From assembly GCA_963847705.1 (NCBI GenBank), contig CAWKBC010000027.1, positions 1-64,000 of the forward strand: a stretch of DNA of 64,000 nucleotides, read 5' to 3'. Every line of letters starts with the position of its first letter. Position 1 is the stretch's first letter. Both the position numbers and the translations under genes were made by a program. Shown here piece after piece: positions 29,210 through 39,852 of the stretch. The notes below the pieces were generated by a model, which was given only the letters and a program-made list of their open reading frames with translations, was not told the origin of the DNA and did not search any database. The stretch comes from an uncultured Pseudomonadota bacterium. Its GTDB lineage: Bacteria > Myxococcota_A > Polyangia > Fen-1088.

Positions 29210-31621
29210 ATGGGCACCCGACAGCTGGATCTTATCGCGGGCGGCGCCAAGCCCAGTGCGAAGGGCAGTGGCGACGGCGGCGGCGACGGCGGTGGGCGCG
29301 GCCGCAAACGCGGCGGCGCTGCCGGTGGCGGCGGCGACGATCCCACCCCGCCGGCCGATGCGTCGCTGGTGCTCGAGGCGCAGCGGCGCTACCTGAACTA
29401 CGCGGTCAGCGTCATCACCTCACGCGCGCTCCCCGATGTGCGCGACGGCCTGAAGCCGGTGCAGCGTCGGATTCTCTACGCGATGTACGCCAACCTCCAC
29501 CTCTACCCGGACGCCAAGTTCCGCAAGTCGGCCACCATCGTGGGGGACGTGCTCGGCAAGTTCCACCCGCACGGCGACTCGGCCTGTTATGAGGCGATGG
29601 TCCGCCTGGCGCAGCCGTTCTCGATGCGGGTCACGCTGGTGGAGGGGCACGGCAACTTCGGCTCGCTCGACGGCGACGCCCCGGCCGCCCACCGCTACAC
29701 CGAGGCGCGCCTGGCGTTGCTGGCGATGGACCTGCTCGACGAGATCAAGCAGGGGACGGTCGACTTCCGCCCCAACTACGACGGCACCACCGAGGAGCCG
29801 ATCGTGCTGCCGGCCAAGGTGCCGCAGCTGCTCATCAACGGCTGCACCGGGATCGCCGTCGGCATGGCGACCAACATCCCGCCCCACAACCTGGGCGAGG
29901 TCTGCGCGGCGGCGGTCGCCATGCTCGACGATCCCAAGCTGGAGACGAAGGACCTCCTCAAATACATCAAGGGCCCCGACTTCCCCACCGGCGGTCAGGT
30001 CACCAACAGCAAGAAGGAGCTGCGGGAGATCTACGAGACGGGGCAGGGGGGGATCCGGGTGCGCGGCGAATGGAAGACCGAGTCGGGCGGGCGCGGCGGC
30101 GACCACGTCATCATCACCTCGATCCCCTACGCGCTCACCAAGTCGGGCCTGGTCGAGCGGATCGCCGATGTCATCATCAACAAGAAGCTCCCCATGCTGG
30201 TCGACGTGCGCGACGAGTCGACCGACGACGTCCGCATCGTGCTGGAGCTGAAGCAGGGCGCCGATCCCAACCTGGTGATGGCCTACCTCTACAAGCACAC
30301 GCCGCTCGAGACCGGCTTCCACGTCAACCTGACCTGCCTCTTCCCCACCGAGAACCGCGAGATCGCGGCGCCGGTGAAGGTCGATCTGGCGGCGATGCTG
30401 CGCGAGTTCCTGCTCTTCCGCGAGCAGACGGTGAGGCGGCGGTTCGAGTTCGAGCTGGCGGAGCTGCAGCGCCGCATCCACATCCTGGAAGGCTTCGCCC
30501 TCATCTTCGACATGCTCGACGAGGCGATCCGGATCATCCGCAAGTCGGATGGCAAGGCCGACGCGGCCGTCAAGCTGTCGAAGCGCTTCGAGCTGTCGGA
30601 CGAGCAGACCGACGCCATCCTCGAGCTGAAGCTCTACAAGCTGGCCCGGCTGGAGATCAACCTCATCCTGGCCGAGCTGGCCGAGAAGAAGGGGCGCGCC
30701 AAGGAGATCGAGTCGATCCTGGGCGACAAGCGCAAGCTCCTCAAGGTCGTGCGCAGCGAGATCAGCGAGGTGGCGGGGCGGTTCGAGGACAAGCGGCGCA
30801 CCAAGATCGGCGGCGCCGGCGGCGAGGAGACCGAGTTCGTCGCCGAGGACTTCATCGTCGACGAGGAGGTGACCGTCATCCTCTCGCGCGACGGCTGGCT
30901 CAAGCGCGTGCGCGAGGTGAAGGATTTGTCGGCCACCCGGCTGCGCGAGGGGGACGCCATCCTGGCGGTCATCCGCGGGTCGACGAAAGAGCCGATGGCC
31001 ATCTTCTCCAACTTCGGCAGCGCCTACGTCCTGCGCATCAACGACGTGCCGGCCTCGACGGGCTACGGCGAGCCGGTGCAGAAGCTGTTCAACTTTCGCG
31101 ACGGCGAGCGGGTGGTCGGCGCGCTGTCGGTCAGCGAGAAGGACGCGCCCAAGGGGACGCTGGCGGTGGCGGTCAGCAAGAACGGCTTCGGGCTGCGCTT
31201 CGGCTTCGAGGCGCACCGCGAGCTGTCGACGCGCGCCGGGCGCCGCTTCGCCAAGCCGGCCGAGGGCGACGAGATCGTGGGCGTCACGCTGGCCGGTGAC
31301 AAGGACGTCGTCTGCGTGGTGACCAGCGACGCGCGCGCGCTCCTCTGCAAGGCCGCCGAGATCCCCGAGCTGGCCAATCCTGGCCGCGGCGTCATCATCA
31401 TCAAGGCGGGCGACGCGGCGGTGGTCGGCTTCGGCGTGGGCGCCGCGCGCGAAAAGGACGTGATCATCGCCGAGACCGACGACGGCAAGGAGCTGCCGGT
31501 CGGTCCGGGCCGCTTCTCGGTCACCGCGCGCGGCGGCAAGGGCCACGCGCTCAAGCGGAAGGCCAAGATCGTGCGCGTCACCGTCCCCTTGCCGGTCGCC
31601 CCGGCCCCGCTCCTCAACTGA
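29210..31621 (+). CDS. parC: Type IIA DNA topoisomerase subunit A (probably Topo IV ParC)
   Basis: [22 protein letters not shown], catalytic [12 protein letters not shown]; no GyrA-box at the start of the CTD. Confidence 0.8.
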   Translation: MGTRQLDLIAGGAKPSAKGSGDGGGDGGGRGRKRGGAAGGGGDDPTPPADASLVLEAQRRYLNYAVSVITSRALPDVRDGLKPVQRRILYAMYANLHLYPDAKFRKSATIVGDVLGKFHPHGDSACYEAMVRLAQPFSMRVTLVEGHGNFGSLDGDAPAAHRYTEARLALLAMDLLDEIKQGTVDFRPNYDGTTEEPIVLPAKVPQLLINGCTGIAVGMATNIPPHNLGEVCAAAVAMLDDPKLETKDLLKYIKGPDFPTGGQVTNSKKELREIYETGQGGIRVRGEWKTESGGRGGDHVIITSIPYALTKSGLVERIADVIINKKLPMLVDVRDESTDDVRIVLELKQGADPNLVMAYLYKHTPLETGFHVNLTCLFPTENREIAAPVKVDLAAMLREFLLFREQTVRRRFEFELAELQRRIHILEGFALIFDMLDEAIRIIRKSDGKADAAVKLSKRFELSDEQTDAILELKLYKLARLEINLILAELAEKKGRAKEIESILGDKRKLLKVVRSEISEVAGRFEDKRRTKIGGAGGEETEFVAEDFIVDEEVTVILSRDGWLKRVREVKDLSATRLREGDAILAVIRGSTKEPMAIFSNFGSAYVLRINDVPASTGYGEPVQKLFNFRDGERVVGALSVSEKDAPKGTLAVAVSKNGFGLRFGFEAHRELSTRAGRRFAKPAEGDEIVGVTLAGDKDVVCVVTSDARALLCKAAEIPELANPGRGVIIIKAGDAAVVGFGVGAAREKDVIIAETDDGKELPVGPGRFSVTARGGKGHALKRKAKIVRVTVPLPVAPAPLLN

Positions 31622-31645
31622 CCGGATTGAACCGAGACAACTGAC

Positions 31646-33556
31646 GTGACGACCGGTAGCTACACCTCAGACGACATCACCGTCCTGGAAGGGCTGGAGC
31701 CCGTCCGCAAGCGCCCCGGGATGTACATCGGGGGGACCGACACCAAGGGCTACCACCACCTGCTCTGGGAGATCGTCGACAACTCCGTCGACGAGGTGAT
31801 CAACGGCTACGGCACCCGCATCGAGGTGACGCTGCATGCCGACGCCAAGTCGGTCACGGTGGCCGACAACGGGCGCGGCATCCCGGTCGACGTCAAGAAG
31901 CAGTACAAGAAGTCGGCGCTGGAGCTGGTGCTCACCACGCTGCACGCCGGCGGCAAGTTCTCCTCCGGTCAGTATCAGTTCTCGGGTGGCCTCCACGGCG
32001 TCGGCTCGTCGGTGGTCAACGCGCTGTCGGAGTCGCTGACCGCCGAGGTCCGCCGCGACGGCGCGCTCTGGGAGCAGAAGTACGAGCGGGGCAAGGCGGT
32101 CAGCAAGCTGCGCAAGACCGGCGCCGCGCGCGGCACCGGCACCTCGATCAGCTTCCGGCCGGATCCGGAGATCTTCGGCAAGCAGTCCTTCTCGGCCGAG
32201 ACGATTCGCTTTCGTCTCGATGCCAAGGCCTTCCTGCACAAGGGGCTCTCCATCGTCTTCAAGGACGAGGCCGCCAAGACCACGGAGACCTTCGAGCACC
32301 CGGGTGGCATCGCCGACTTCCTCACCAAGCTGGTCGCCGACCGCGGCAAGGCGCCGACCGCGCCGCAGGTCTTCTACTTCGAGCGCTCGGGAGAGGCCGG
32401 GTTCCGCATCGAGGTGGCGATGCAGTGGACCGAGTCGCACGAGGAGACCATCCGCTCCTACGTCAACGGCATCCCCACCATCTCCGGCGGCACGCACGAG
32501 CAGGGTTTTCGCGCGGCGATCGTCAAGGCGGTGCGCGCCTTCATCGAGACCTCGAACCTGGCGCCCAAGGGCGTCACGCTGACCGCCGAGGACATCCGGG
32601 AGGGCCTGGTCGGCGTCCTCTCGATCTACCTGCAGGAGCCTCAGTTTCAGGGGCAGACGAAGGAGCGGCTGGGCAGCCCGGAAGCGCAGGCGCAGGTCGA
32701 CGGCGCGGTCCGCCCGGCGCTGGAGACGTGGCTGCTCGGCAACAAGACCGCCGGCGCGCAGATCGTCGAGCGGATCGCGCTGGCCGCCAAGGCGCGCGAG
32801 GCCTCGCGCGCGGCGGCGCAGGCGGTGTCGCGCAAGACGGCGGTCTCGCACCGGCTCAATCTGCCGGGCAAGCTGGCCGACTGCTCGTCGACCGATCCCG
32901 GCAAGAGCGAGCTCTTCATCGTCGAGGGGGACTCGGCCGGCGGCTCGGCCAAGCAGGGGCGTGAGCGCAAGACCCAGGCGATCCTCCCGCTGCGCGGCAA
33001 GGTGCTGAACACCGAGCAGGCCTCGCTGCAGAAGGTGCTGGAGAACAAGGAGCTGCAGGACGTCGTCTCGGCGCTCGGCTGCGGCGTGGGCGCCGACTTC
33101 AAGCTCGAGCGGCTCCGCTACCACAAGATCATCCTGCTGATGGACGCCGACTCCGACGGCCACCACATCGCGACGCTGCTGCTGACGTTCTTCTACCGCC
33201 ACCTGCAGCCGCTCATCTCGGGAGGGTTCGTCTACCTGGCGCAGCCGCCGCTCTTCCGCGTCGACTACGGCAAGGAGACCTTCTGGGCGCTCGACGAACC
33301 GGACCGCACCCGCATCGTGGCCGGATTCCCCAAGAACGCGCGCCCCGACATCATGCGCTTCAAGGGCCTCGGCGAGATGCAGCCCGACGAGCTTCGCCGC
33401 ACCACGCTCGATCCGGCCACCCGGCGCCTCCTGCGGGTGACCGCCGAAGACGGGGCGGAGACCGACAGAGTTCTGACGGAGCTGATGGGCAAGGACGTCG
33501 AGGCGCGGTTCAAGTTCATCATGGAGCGCGCCGCGCAAGCCGATCTGGACCTGTGA
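31646..33556 (+). CDS. parE: Type IIA DNA topoisomerase subunit B (probably Topo IV ParE)
   Basis: [48 protein letters not shown]. Confidence 0.8.
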   Translation: MTTGSYTSDDITVLEGLEPVRKRPGMYIGGTDTKGYHHLLWEIVDNSVDEVINGYGTRIEVTLHADAKSVTVADNGRGIPVDVKKQYKKSALELVLTTLHAGGKFSSGQYQFSGGLHGVGSSVVNALSESLTAEVRRDGALWEQKYERGKAVSKLRKTGAARGTGTSISFRPDPEIFGKQSFSAETIRFRLDAKAFLHKGLSIVFKDEAAKTTETFEHPGGIADFLTKLVADRGKAPTAPQVFYFERSGEAGFRIEVAMQWTESHEETIRSYVNGIPTISGGTHEQGFRAAIVKAVRAFIETSNLAPKGVTLTAEDIREGLVGVLSIYLQEPQFQGQTKERLGSPEAQAQVDGAVRPALETWLLGNKTAGAQIVERIALAAKAREASRAAAQAVSRKTAVSHRLNLPGKLADCSSTDPGKSELFIVEGDSAGGSAKQGRERKTQAILPLRGKVLNTEQASLQKVLENKELQDVVSALGCGVGADFKLERLRYHKIILLMDADSDGHHIATLLLTFFYRHLQPLISGGFVYLAQPPLFRVDYGKETFWALDEPDRTRIVAGFPKNARPDIMRFKGLGEMQPDELRRTTLDPATRRLLRVTAEDGAETDRVLTELMGKDVEARFKFIMERAAQADLDL

Positions 33557-33680
33557 CGCCGATCGGTAGACGCCGCGCGTGGCGTTTTTGTTTCGCTTCC
33601 GTCAATTCGTCAGGGGTTCCCTCAGGGCAAACCAGAAGCGTGCCGATGACCGTACCTACATCAACTACATGGGGTCATCG

Positions 33681-34931
33681 ATGCTGCTGCACACCGATCC
33701 AGAGCTTCGCGCGCCACTTCACTCACTGGTCGAAGCACGGCGTGTGACCACCCACTTCCAGCCCATCTTCTCCGTTCGGCGGAAGAGTGTGGTGGGCCTG
33801 GAGGCGCTCTCGCGCGGCATCGGACCCCGGGGCGATCTGATCGCGCCCTACACGCTCTTCAAGCAGGCGGCGGCCGAGGGGATCGCGGGCGCGGTCGAGG
33901 ATCTCTGCCGCGAGAGCGCGGTCCGCAACTTTCACCGCCTGCGCACCCGCCCCGAAGAGCTGCTGCTGTTCCTCAACCTGGATCTGACCGGCATGTCCAA
34001 GCCGTCCGCCCTGTCGGCCGAGCTGGAGGCGCTGATCCGGGCCCCCGGCCTCGATCCGCGCAACGTGGGGGTGGAGTTCCTCGAGTCACGCCTCGACGAC
34101 GTCGGTCGGTTCGGCGAGCTGGCCATGGCGCTGCGCCAGCGGGGCTTCCTGGTCGTCCTCGACGACGTGGGGGCCGGGCACTCCAACCTCGATCGCATCC
34201 CGTTGCTCCGCCCCGACGTCATCAAGATCGATCGCAGCCTCATCACCGGCGTCGACGGCGACTTCTACAAGCAGGAGACCTTCAAGAGTCTGGTCAGTCT
34301 GTCGCGCCGGATCGGCGCGCTGGTGGTCGCGGAGGGGATCGAGACCGAGGCCGAGGCGGTGACGGCGCTGGAGCTGGGGGCCGATCTGCTGCAGGGGTTC
34401 TTCCTCGGCCGCCCGAGCGCGGGGGCGGCTTTCGACAACGGCGGCTTCGAGCGCGCCGCCGGCTGCGTCGAGCCGCTGGCCCGGGCGTTCAAGAGCCACA
34501 TGGTCGGCCAGATCAACGCGCGCAAGACCGAGTACCGCCGCTTCAACATGATCCTGAACCGGATCCTCTGCGACATCACCAGCGCGACCCCTCCGGAGTT
34601 CGACGCCATCCTCTCGCGCCTGGTGGGCGAGTATCCGAAGATCGACTGTCTCTACGTCCTGGACGACAACGGCGTTCAGGTGACGGACACCATCTGCGGC
34701 GCCGGGCTGGCCGGGCGCTCGGGCGGGGCCATGTTCCGCCCGGCGGCCAAGGGAACCGACCATTCCCTCAAGGAGTACTTCTACGTCCTCATTGACGTCG
34801 AGCTGCAGAAGTACACCACCGATCCCTACGTCTCGCTGGCCGGCGGCCAGCTCTGCCGCACCATCAGCACCTGCTTTCGCGACGCCGCCCAGAACCGCAC
34901 GTTCGTCCTCTGCGTCGACGTCCGCGCTTGA
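33681..34931 (+). CDS. EAL-domain protein with YkuI-like C-terminal sensor domain
   Basis: HFQPI..LEALSR, LFLN, LDDVGAGHSN, KIDRS, AEGIET, QGF; C-terminal DHS..EYF..TDPYVS..G. Confidence 0.88.
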   Translation: MLLHTDPELRAPLHSLVEARRVTTHFQPIFSVRRKSVVGLEALSRGIGPRGDLIAPYTLFKQAAAEGIAGAVEDLCRESAVRNFHRLRTRPEELLLFLNLDLTGMSKPSALSAELEALIRAPGLDPRNVGVEFLESRLDDVGRFGELAMALRQRGFLVVLDDVGAGHSNLDRIPLLRPDVIKIDRSLITGVDGDFYKQETFKSLVSLSRRIGALVVAEGIETEAEAVTALELGADLLQGFFLGRPSAGAAFDNGGFERAAGCVEPLARAFKSHMVGQINARKTEYRRFNMILNRILCDITSATPPEFDAILSRLVGEYPKIDCLYVLDDNGVQVTDTICGAGLAGRSGGAMFRPAAKGTDHSLKEYFYVLIDVELQKYTTDPYVSLAGGQLCRTISTCFRDAAQNRTFVLCVDVRA

Positions 34932-34991
34932 ACGAGGCGGGGCGATCGCGTCGAGCGTGGTCCGGCTTTGCCGGACGAAGCTCATCGCGGG

Positions 34992-35022
34992 AGGTTCGGA
35001 ACCCTCCCAGGGTTCCGAGCCT
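34992..35022. terminator. Inverted repeat between convergent genes
   Basis: AGGTTCGGAACCCT-CCC-AGGGTTCCGAGCCT, 14-bp stem with one G-U pair. Confidence 0.55.
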
Positions 35023-35278
35023 AACGAATCGTCGCGCCGACGTAGACGAAGGCGGTCCCCAGCGCCAGCGCCAGGCCGATGATCACGATCGGCGAGATCC
35101 GGATCTCGATCAGGAACGGGCGGTTCAGCCATTGCCAGAGCGAGGGAAACCGCGGCTCGGAGACCCGGGTCATGACGCGCGCGACCAGATCGGGGGGCGG
35201 GGTGACATCGTCGCGCAGGCGCGCCAGCTCGCTGATTCGGTTGTTCCGGGACTCCACGTTCACTAAGTGACCCCACAC
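35021..35278 (-). CDS. Small single-TM protein, putative anti-sigma factor
   Basis: Directly downstream of the ECF sigma gene; PPPDLVARVM plus one TM helix. Confidence 0.6.
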   Translation of the reverse strand: MWGHLVNVESRNNRISELARLRDDVTPPPDLVARVMTRVSEPRFPSLWQWLNRPFLIEIRISPIVIIGLALALGTAFVYVGATIR

Positions 35279-36003
35279 CTTTCAACCAGCTCACGTAACA
35301 TCGCCCGCCCGCGCACCACCCGGATCTTGAGGGTGGTGATTGGGAGCCGGAGGATGCCGCGGATCTCCTCGTAGGAGAGATCCTCGGCGTCGCGCAGGAT
35401 CAGCACCTCGCGGTACTTGGTGGGGAGCTTGAGCAGCGCCGCGCCCAGATGCGCCCGCCGCTCGCCGTGGGAGGCGTTGGCCTCGGGGGTGGGGGGATCG
35501 TAGGCGAACGCCGCCTCGCCGCCGTGGACCTCACGGTCGAGCGGCTGCTCGGTCCGGCGCCTCGATTTCAGCACGTCCTTCGAACGGTTGACGGCGATCC
35601 GCAGCAGCCAGGTGGAAAAAGCGTGGGGGCGCCCCTCTCCGCGGAAGCGATCGAGCGCGTTGAACGCGTCGACGAAGGCCTGCTGCGCGATGTCCTCCGC
35701 GTCGGCGCTGCTCCCCAGCATGCGCAGCGCCACCGAGAACGCCAGCCGCTGGTAGCGCTGCACGAGCGGCCGAAAGGCCTCGACGTCGCCCGCCACGCAG
35801 CGCGCGATGAGACGCCGCTCCTCTTCGTCCCGCCGGCCCACCTGCGCGTCGCCCGACGTCGGCGAGGTCGGCAACGTCGGCAAGGTCGGCTCGAACGCCC
35901 GGGGGAGCTCGGAGAGCGCGAGTGCACCGCTCTCCTCGGGATCGAGCGCGATCGCCCCCGAGGCCGAGTGACGCGAACGACCCGAATGATCCGCGGGCGG
36001 CAC
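35263..36003 (-). CDS. ECF RNA polymerase sigma factor
   Basis: GDVEAF..LVQRY, DAEDIAQ, FSTWLLRIAVN, LSYEEI..TTLKIRVVRGR. Confidence 0.92.
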   Translation of the reverse strand: MPPADHSGRSRHSASGAIALDPEESGALALSELPRAFEPTLPTLPTSPTSGDAQVGRRDEEERRLIARCVAGDVEAFRPLVQRYQRLAFSVALRMLGSSADAEDIAQQAFVDAFNALDRFRGEGRPHAFSTWLLRIAVNRSKDVLKSRRRTEQPLDREVHGGEAAFAYDPPTPEANASHGERRAHLGAALLKLPTKYREVLILRDAEDLSYEEIRGILRLPITTLKIRVVRGRAMLRELVERCGVT

Positions 36004-36053
36004 GAGCCGAGCCTACCGCAACTCGAGAAAAAGAGGCGCGCTATACTGAAATG

Positions 36054-37268
36054 ATGCGCGGCGGTGTGGCGCGGGTCCTCGCCCCGGCGGTCGTGGCGAC
36101 GGCTCTCTTGACGGTCACCGGCCGTGGGGCCGGAGCTGCTCCGGCGGCGGACGGCGCCGGGCAGTCCTTCTGGAGCCGCGCCGGCGGCGCCAAGGCTGTC
36201 GCGAATGGGGCAGAAGGTGCGACGGCCCGCTGGTTCGTCGCCGCCGTCGAACGGACCACGCAGGGACGCTACGTCGAGGCCGCGGCCGCTTACGGCGTGG
36301 CGCTGGCCATGGGCGCGGACGCGCCGGCGGTCTACGCCAACCTGGGCGAGGTCCTGATGGCCGACGGCCAGCTGGCGGCGGCGGAAGCGTGCTACCGCGA
36401 CGCGATCGCGGCGGCGTCGGTCGTTCGTCTTCCCAACTTCGCCAACTTCGGGAGCTCGGCGAATATCGAGAGCTTGGAGGCGCAGCGCCTCGACGATCCG
36501 CGCGGGCGCGCCCAAGATCTGACGCTCGCCTATCTCGGGCTGGCGGTTGCGCTCGATCGCGACGGTCAGACCCAGGCCGCGCGCGAGATGATGCAACGGG
36601 CGCTGGCGCTCGACTCCACCACCTCCGTGCTGGCGGTGGCGGAGCTTCCCAGCTCCGATCTCTTCTTCGTTCCGGCTGGCGACGTCTACTACTACGTCGG
36701 TCTCGCCCGCTCGGTCGCCGGCCGGCGCGACGAGGCCGTGGAGGCCTTCCACGAGTTCCTGGTCCATCAACCCGCCAGCCGCTGGGCGGCGGGGGCCAAG
36801 GCCCACCTGACCGAGCTCGAGCGAAGTCCCGCGCCCGGTGTGCCGACATCGTCAGCCGGGCTGCCGGGGCCGTCGACTCCTTCTGGGCCCGGGCACGGAC
36901 GGGGCAGCGGGCCGCGCGTGGTGGCCGTGGGAACCGTCTTGTCGACGGGGGGCTCGGTGGCGCCGCTGATCGATGCCGCCTGGCGCGAGCAGGCAGCGAT
37001 CCTCGACGACTGCCTGAGCGCCGCGCCGGAGCTGGCCGCGGCGCGCGCCCCTCTGCGCCTCGCCGTCGAGCTCACCATCGACGGCCGCGGCCGGGTCTCC
37101 TCCGTCGCGGTGAAGCTGCCGCCCGCGGTCCAGGCCTGGCCGTCCGCCGAAAAGCTTTCGGGTTGTCTCGCCCGGGCGATCGAGACGCGCCTGCGCCTCC
37201 CTGTGCCGCCTGCCCGGCGCCCGACGCGCGCGCGCACCGAGCTGCTGGTCGGCTTCCCCTTGCCGTAG
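36054..37268 (+). CDS. TPR protein with C-terminal TonB-C/AgmX-like domain
   Basis: TPR motifs (YANLGEVL..A..CYR); C-terminal C..IDGRGRV..C..L. Confidence 0.65.
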   Translation: MRGGVARVLAPAVVATALLTVTGRGAGAAPAADGAGQSFWSRAGGAKAVANGAEGATARWFVAAVERTTQGRYVEAAAAYGVALAMGADAPAVYANLGEVLMADGQLAAAEACYRDAIAAASVVRLPNFANFGSSANIESLEAQRLDDPRGRAQDLTLAYLGLAVALDRDGQTQAAREMMQRALALDSTTSVLAVAELPSSDLFFVPAGDVYYYVGLARSVAGRRDEAVEAFHEFLVHQPASRWAAGAKAHLTELERSPAPGVPTSSAGLPGPSTPSGPGHGRGSGPRVVAVGTVLSTGGSVAPLIDAAWREQAAILDDCLSAAPELAAARAPLRLAVELTIDGRGRVSSVAVKLPPAVQAWPSAEKLSGCLARAIETRLRLPVPPARRPTRARTELLVGFPLP

Positions 37269-37292
37269 TGGGCGAGGTATAGGTGGAGGGCG

Positions 37293-37934
37293 GTGCGAAG
37301 CGCCAGGCCACGATACATCGCCGTCGAGGGGCCGATCGGCGCCGGCAAGTCGAGCCTGGCCGAGATCCTGAGCGAGTCGCTTCAGGCGCGGATCATCCGG
37401 GAGAGCCCCGAAGAAAACCCTTTTCTGGGGCCGTTCTACAAGGACCGGCGCCGGCACGCGATGTCGGCGCAGCTCTTCTTTCTGCTCCAGCGCTACGCGC
37501 AGCAGGGGGAGCTGGCCCAGGGGGATCTCTTCTCGCGCGGCGGCGTGGTCTCCGACTACCTGTTCGCCAAGGACCGGCTGTTCGCCTCCCTCAACCTCTC
37601 CGACGACGAGATGGCGCTCTACGACCGCATCTACCAGATGCTGAAGCCCCGCACGGTGACGCCCGATCTGGTCGTCTACCTGCAGGCCCGCACCGACGTG
37701 CTGCTCGACCGCATCCGCAAGCGCGGTCGCAGCGAGGAGCGCCCGATCCGCGCCGAGTACGTCGAAGAGGTGGCGCGCGCCTACGCCGAGTTCTTCTTCG
37801 CCTACAACGAAGGGCCTCTCCTGGTGGTCAACGCCTCGGAGATCGACTTCGTCAACAACCTCGACCACCGCAGCGAGCTGCTCGCCGTCATCGAAAAGGC
37901 GCCCGCCGGCACCAGCCACTGGAGCCGTGGGTGA
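37293..37934 (+). CDS. Deoxynucleoside kinase
   Basis: IAVEGPIGAGKSSL, ENPFL..FY, QLFFLLQR, PDLVVYL, RIRKRGR. Confidence 0.93.
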   Translation: MRSARPRYIAVEGPIGAGKSSLAEILSESLQARIIRESPEENPFLGPFYKDRRRHAMSAQLFFLLQRYAQQGELAQGDLFSRGGVVSDYLFAKDRLFASLNLSDDEMALYDRIYQMLKPRTVTPDLVVYLQARTDVLLDRIRKRGRSEERPIRAEYVEEVARAYAEFFFAYNEGPLLVVNASEIDFVNNLDHRSELLAVIEKAPAGTSHWSRG

Positions 37935-38139
37935 ACCCGCAGCCGACGCAGGTCTCGGTCCCGTAGGCGCGGTCGCGCTGAGACCGTGACGTCGCGGCGG
38001 CGCCTCGAGCCACCGGCGCCACCGGGCGCAAAATTCGAGATTGGCGTAACATGGCTTTCCTGCGTTTTTATCAACGCGCCGCGTTCGCTTCGAATGATGA
38101 ACGCCGCCCCACGTGGGCACTAAGGAAAAGGGTGACGCT

Positions 38140-39770
38140 ATGAACCGACCTCTCTTGATGACTGGGCTGGTCCTGATTTCTCTTGGCTGTGGATCGTCGA
38201 AGAGCAGCTCAGGCGACGGCGGTGGGACGGGCGGCACGAACACGAGCGGGTCAGGCGGCACGAACACCACCGGGACCGGCGGTGCGAGGTCCACCGGTGG
38301 AACGACCGGCACGGGCGGGTCGACGGCCGCCACCGGCGGAGCCGGCGGGAGCGCCGATCAGTCCGTGCTGGAGCGGAACAACCATCCCAGCCGCGACGGG
38401 ATCTTCCTGCAGCCGACGCTGACCAAGGCGGCGGCCGCCACGATGGCGGCGGACACCGGCTTCAAGGCCACCTTCAGCGGCGCCATGTGGGCCTCGCCGC
38501 TCTACCTGCAGAAGGGGCCGAACGGCAAGGGCGTGTTCTTCGCGGTGACGACCGGCAACGACGTCTTCGCGCTGGACGAGACGACGGGCGCGCAGGTCTG
38601 GACCCACAACATCGGGAGCTCTCCGACGGCGAACGGCGGAAGCCCCACCTGCGGCAACATCCATCCGCTCGGCATCATCAGCACGCCAGTCATCAACACG
38701 ACCACCACGCCGCCGACGATCTACGTGGCGGGCGCGATCGGGACGACGTCGATCATGAGCCACCAGGTGCACGCGCTCTCGACGACGGACGGGACCGAGG
38801 TGAGCGGTTGGCCCGTCGACGTGTCGAGCTCGACCTCGGGCAGCATCATCTTCGACACCGTGCACGAAAATCAGCGAAGCGCGCTGTCGTTGGTAGGAAA
38901 CACCCTCTACGTGGCCTACGGCGGCCACATCGGCGATTGCGGCGGCTACCACGGCTGGGTGATGGGGATCGACACGCAAGATCCGGCGATGCATGGCGCC
39001 TGGGCCACTGCGGGGCAGGGCGAAGGGATCTGGGGCTCGGCCGGCATGGCGTCCGACGGCACCGGCGTGTTCGCCTTGACCGGAAACAACACCGCGCGGG
39101 TCAGCGCGCACGCCGACAGCGAAGAGGCGGTGCGCATCACCGGCATGGGGACGATGGCCGATTCGTTCTACCCCGCGTCCTGGCAGACCATGGATTCGGG
39201 CGACGCCGATCTTGGCGCCAGCAACCCGGTCTACGTCACGTTGCCCGGCGCGACGCCGTCGAAGATCTTGGTCGTCGTCTCCAAGGACGGTCACATGTAC
39301 CTGCTCGACGCGACCAAGCTCGGCGGCATGGCCGGCCAGAAGGTGGACTTCATGGTCGCGAACGGCACGATGGCGATTCACACGGCGGTCGCCGCCTACA
39401 CCACCGCCAAGGGGCTCTATGTCACCTTCGGGACCAACACCGGCGCCCTCTGCCCGGGCGGCGGCAGCGAGAACATCATGTCGGTGCTGATCGCGCCCGG
39501 CTCGCCGCCCACGCCGAGCGTCGCCTGGTGCGCGCCGCTTTCCGGAAAAGTGACGGGCCCGATCTCGACCACCACCGACGGCACCAGCGACGTCGTCGTC
39601 TGGTACATGAATAATGGAAAGCTCAACGGGGTCGACGGCGACACCGGGGCGTCGATTTACGCCAGCAGCAACAGCTGCGCGAACGTCGAGCAATGGACTT
39701 CGCCGATCGCCGCCAACGGACGGATCATCGTGGGGGGGACGGCAACCTCTGTTCCTGGTCACCACACTAA
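38140..39770 (+). CDS. PQQ-like beta-propeller lipoprotein, paralog 1 (C-terminus shifted at the G7 run 39732-39738)
   Basis: Lipobox SLGC, GT linker, GIISTPVI, NQRSALSL, GDCGGYHGW, GIW, TGN, DADLG; adding one G gives GGDGNLCSWSPH*, matching GNGHLCAW in paralog 2. Confidence 0.8.
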
Positions 39771-39852
39771 CGAAGTGATAGTTTCCTTGCCGCGCCTCCG
39801 CTCCGGTTCGATGGACGAACCGCCCCCGGGAGGCTCGCAGAGAGGCAAGGCT

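Noticed and set aside
33624-33660. c-di-GMP-I (GEMM) riboswitch suggested by GGGCAAACC before the EAL gene
   Set aside because: No GNRA-capped P2 or GACGCAAAG continuation
38041-38056. Sigma54 promoter upstream of the propeller genes (TTGGCG...TGGCT)
   Set aside because: GG-to-GC spacing is 9 nt rather than the required 10
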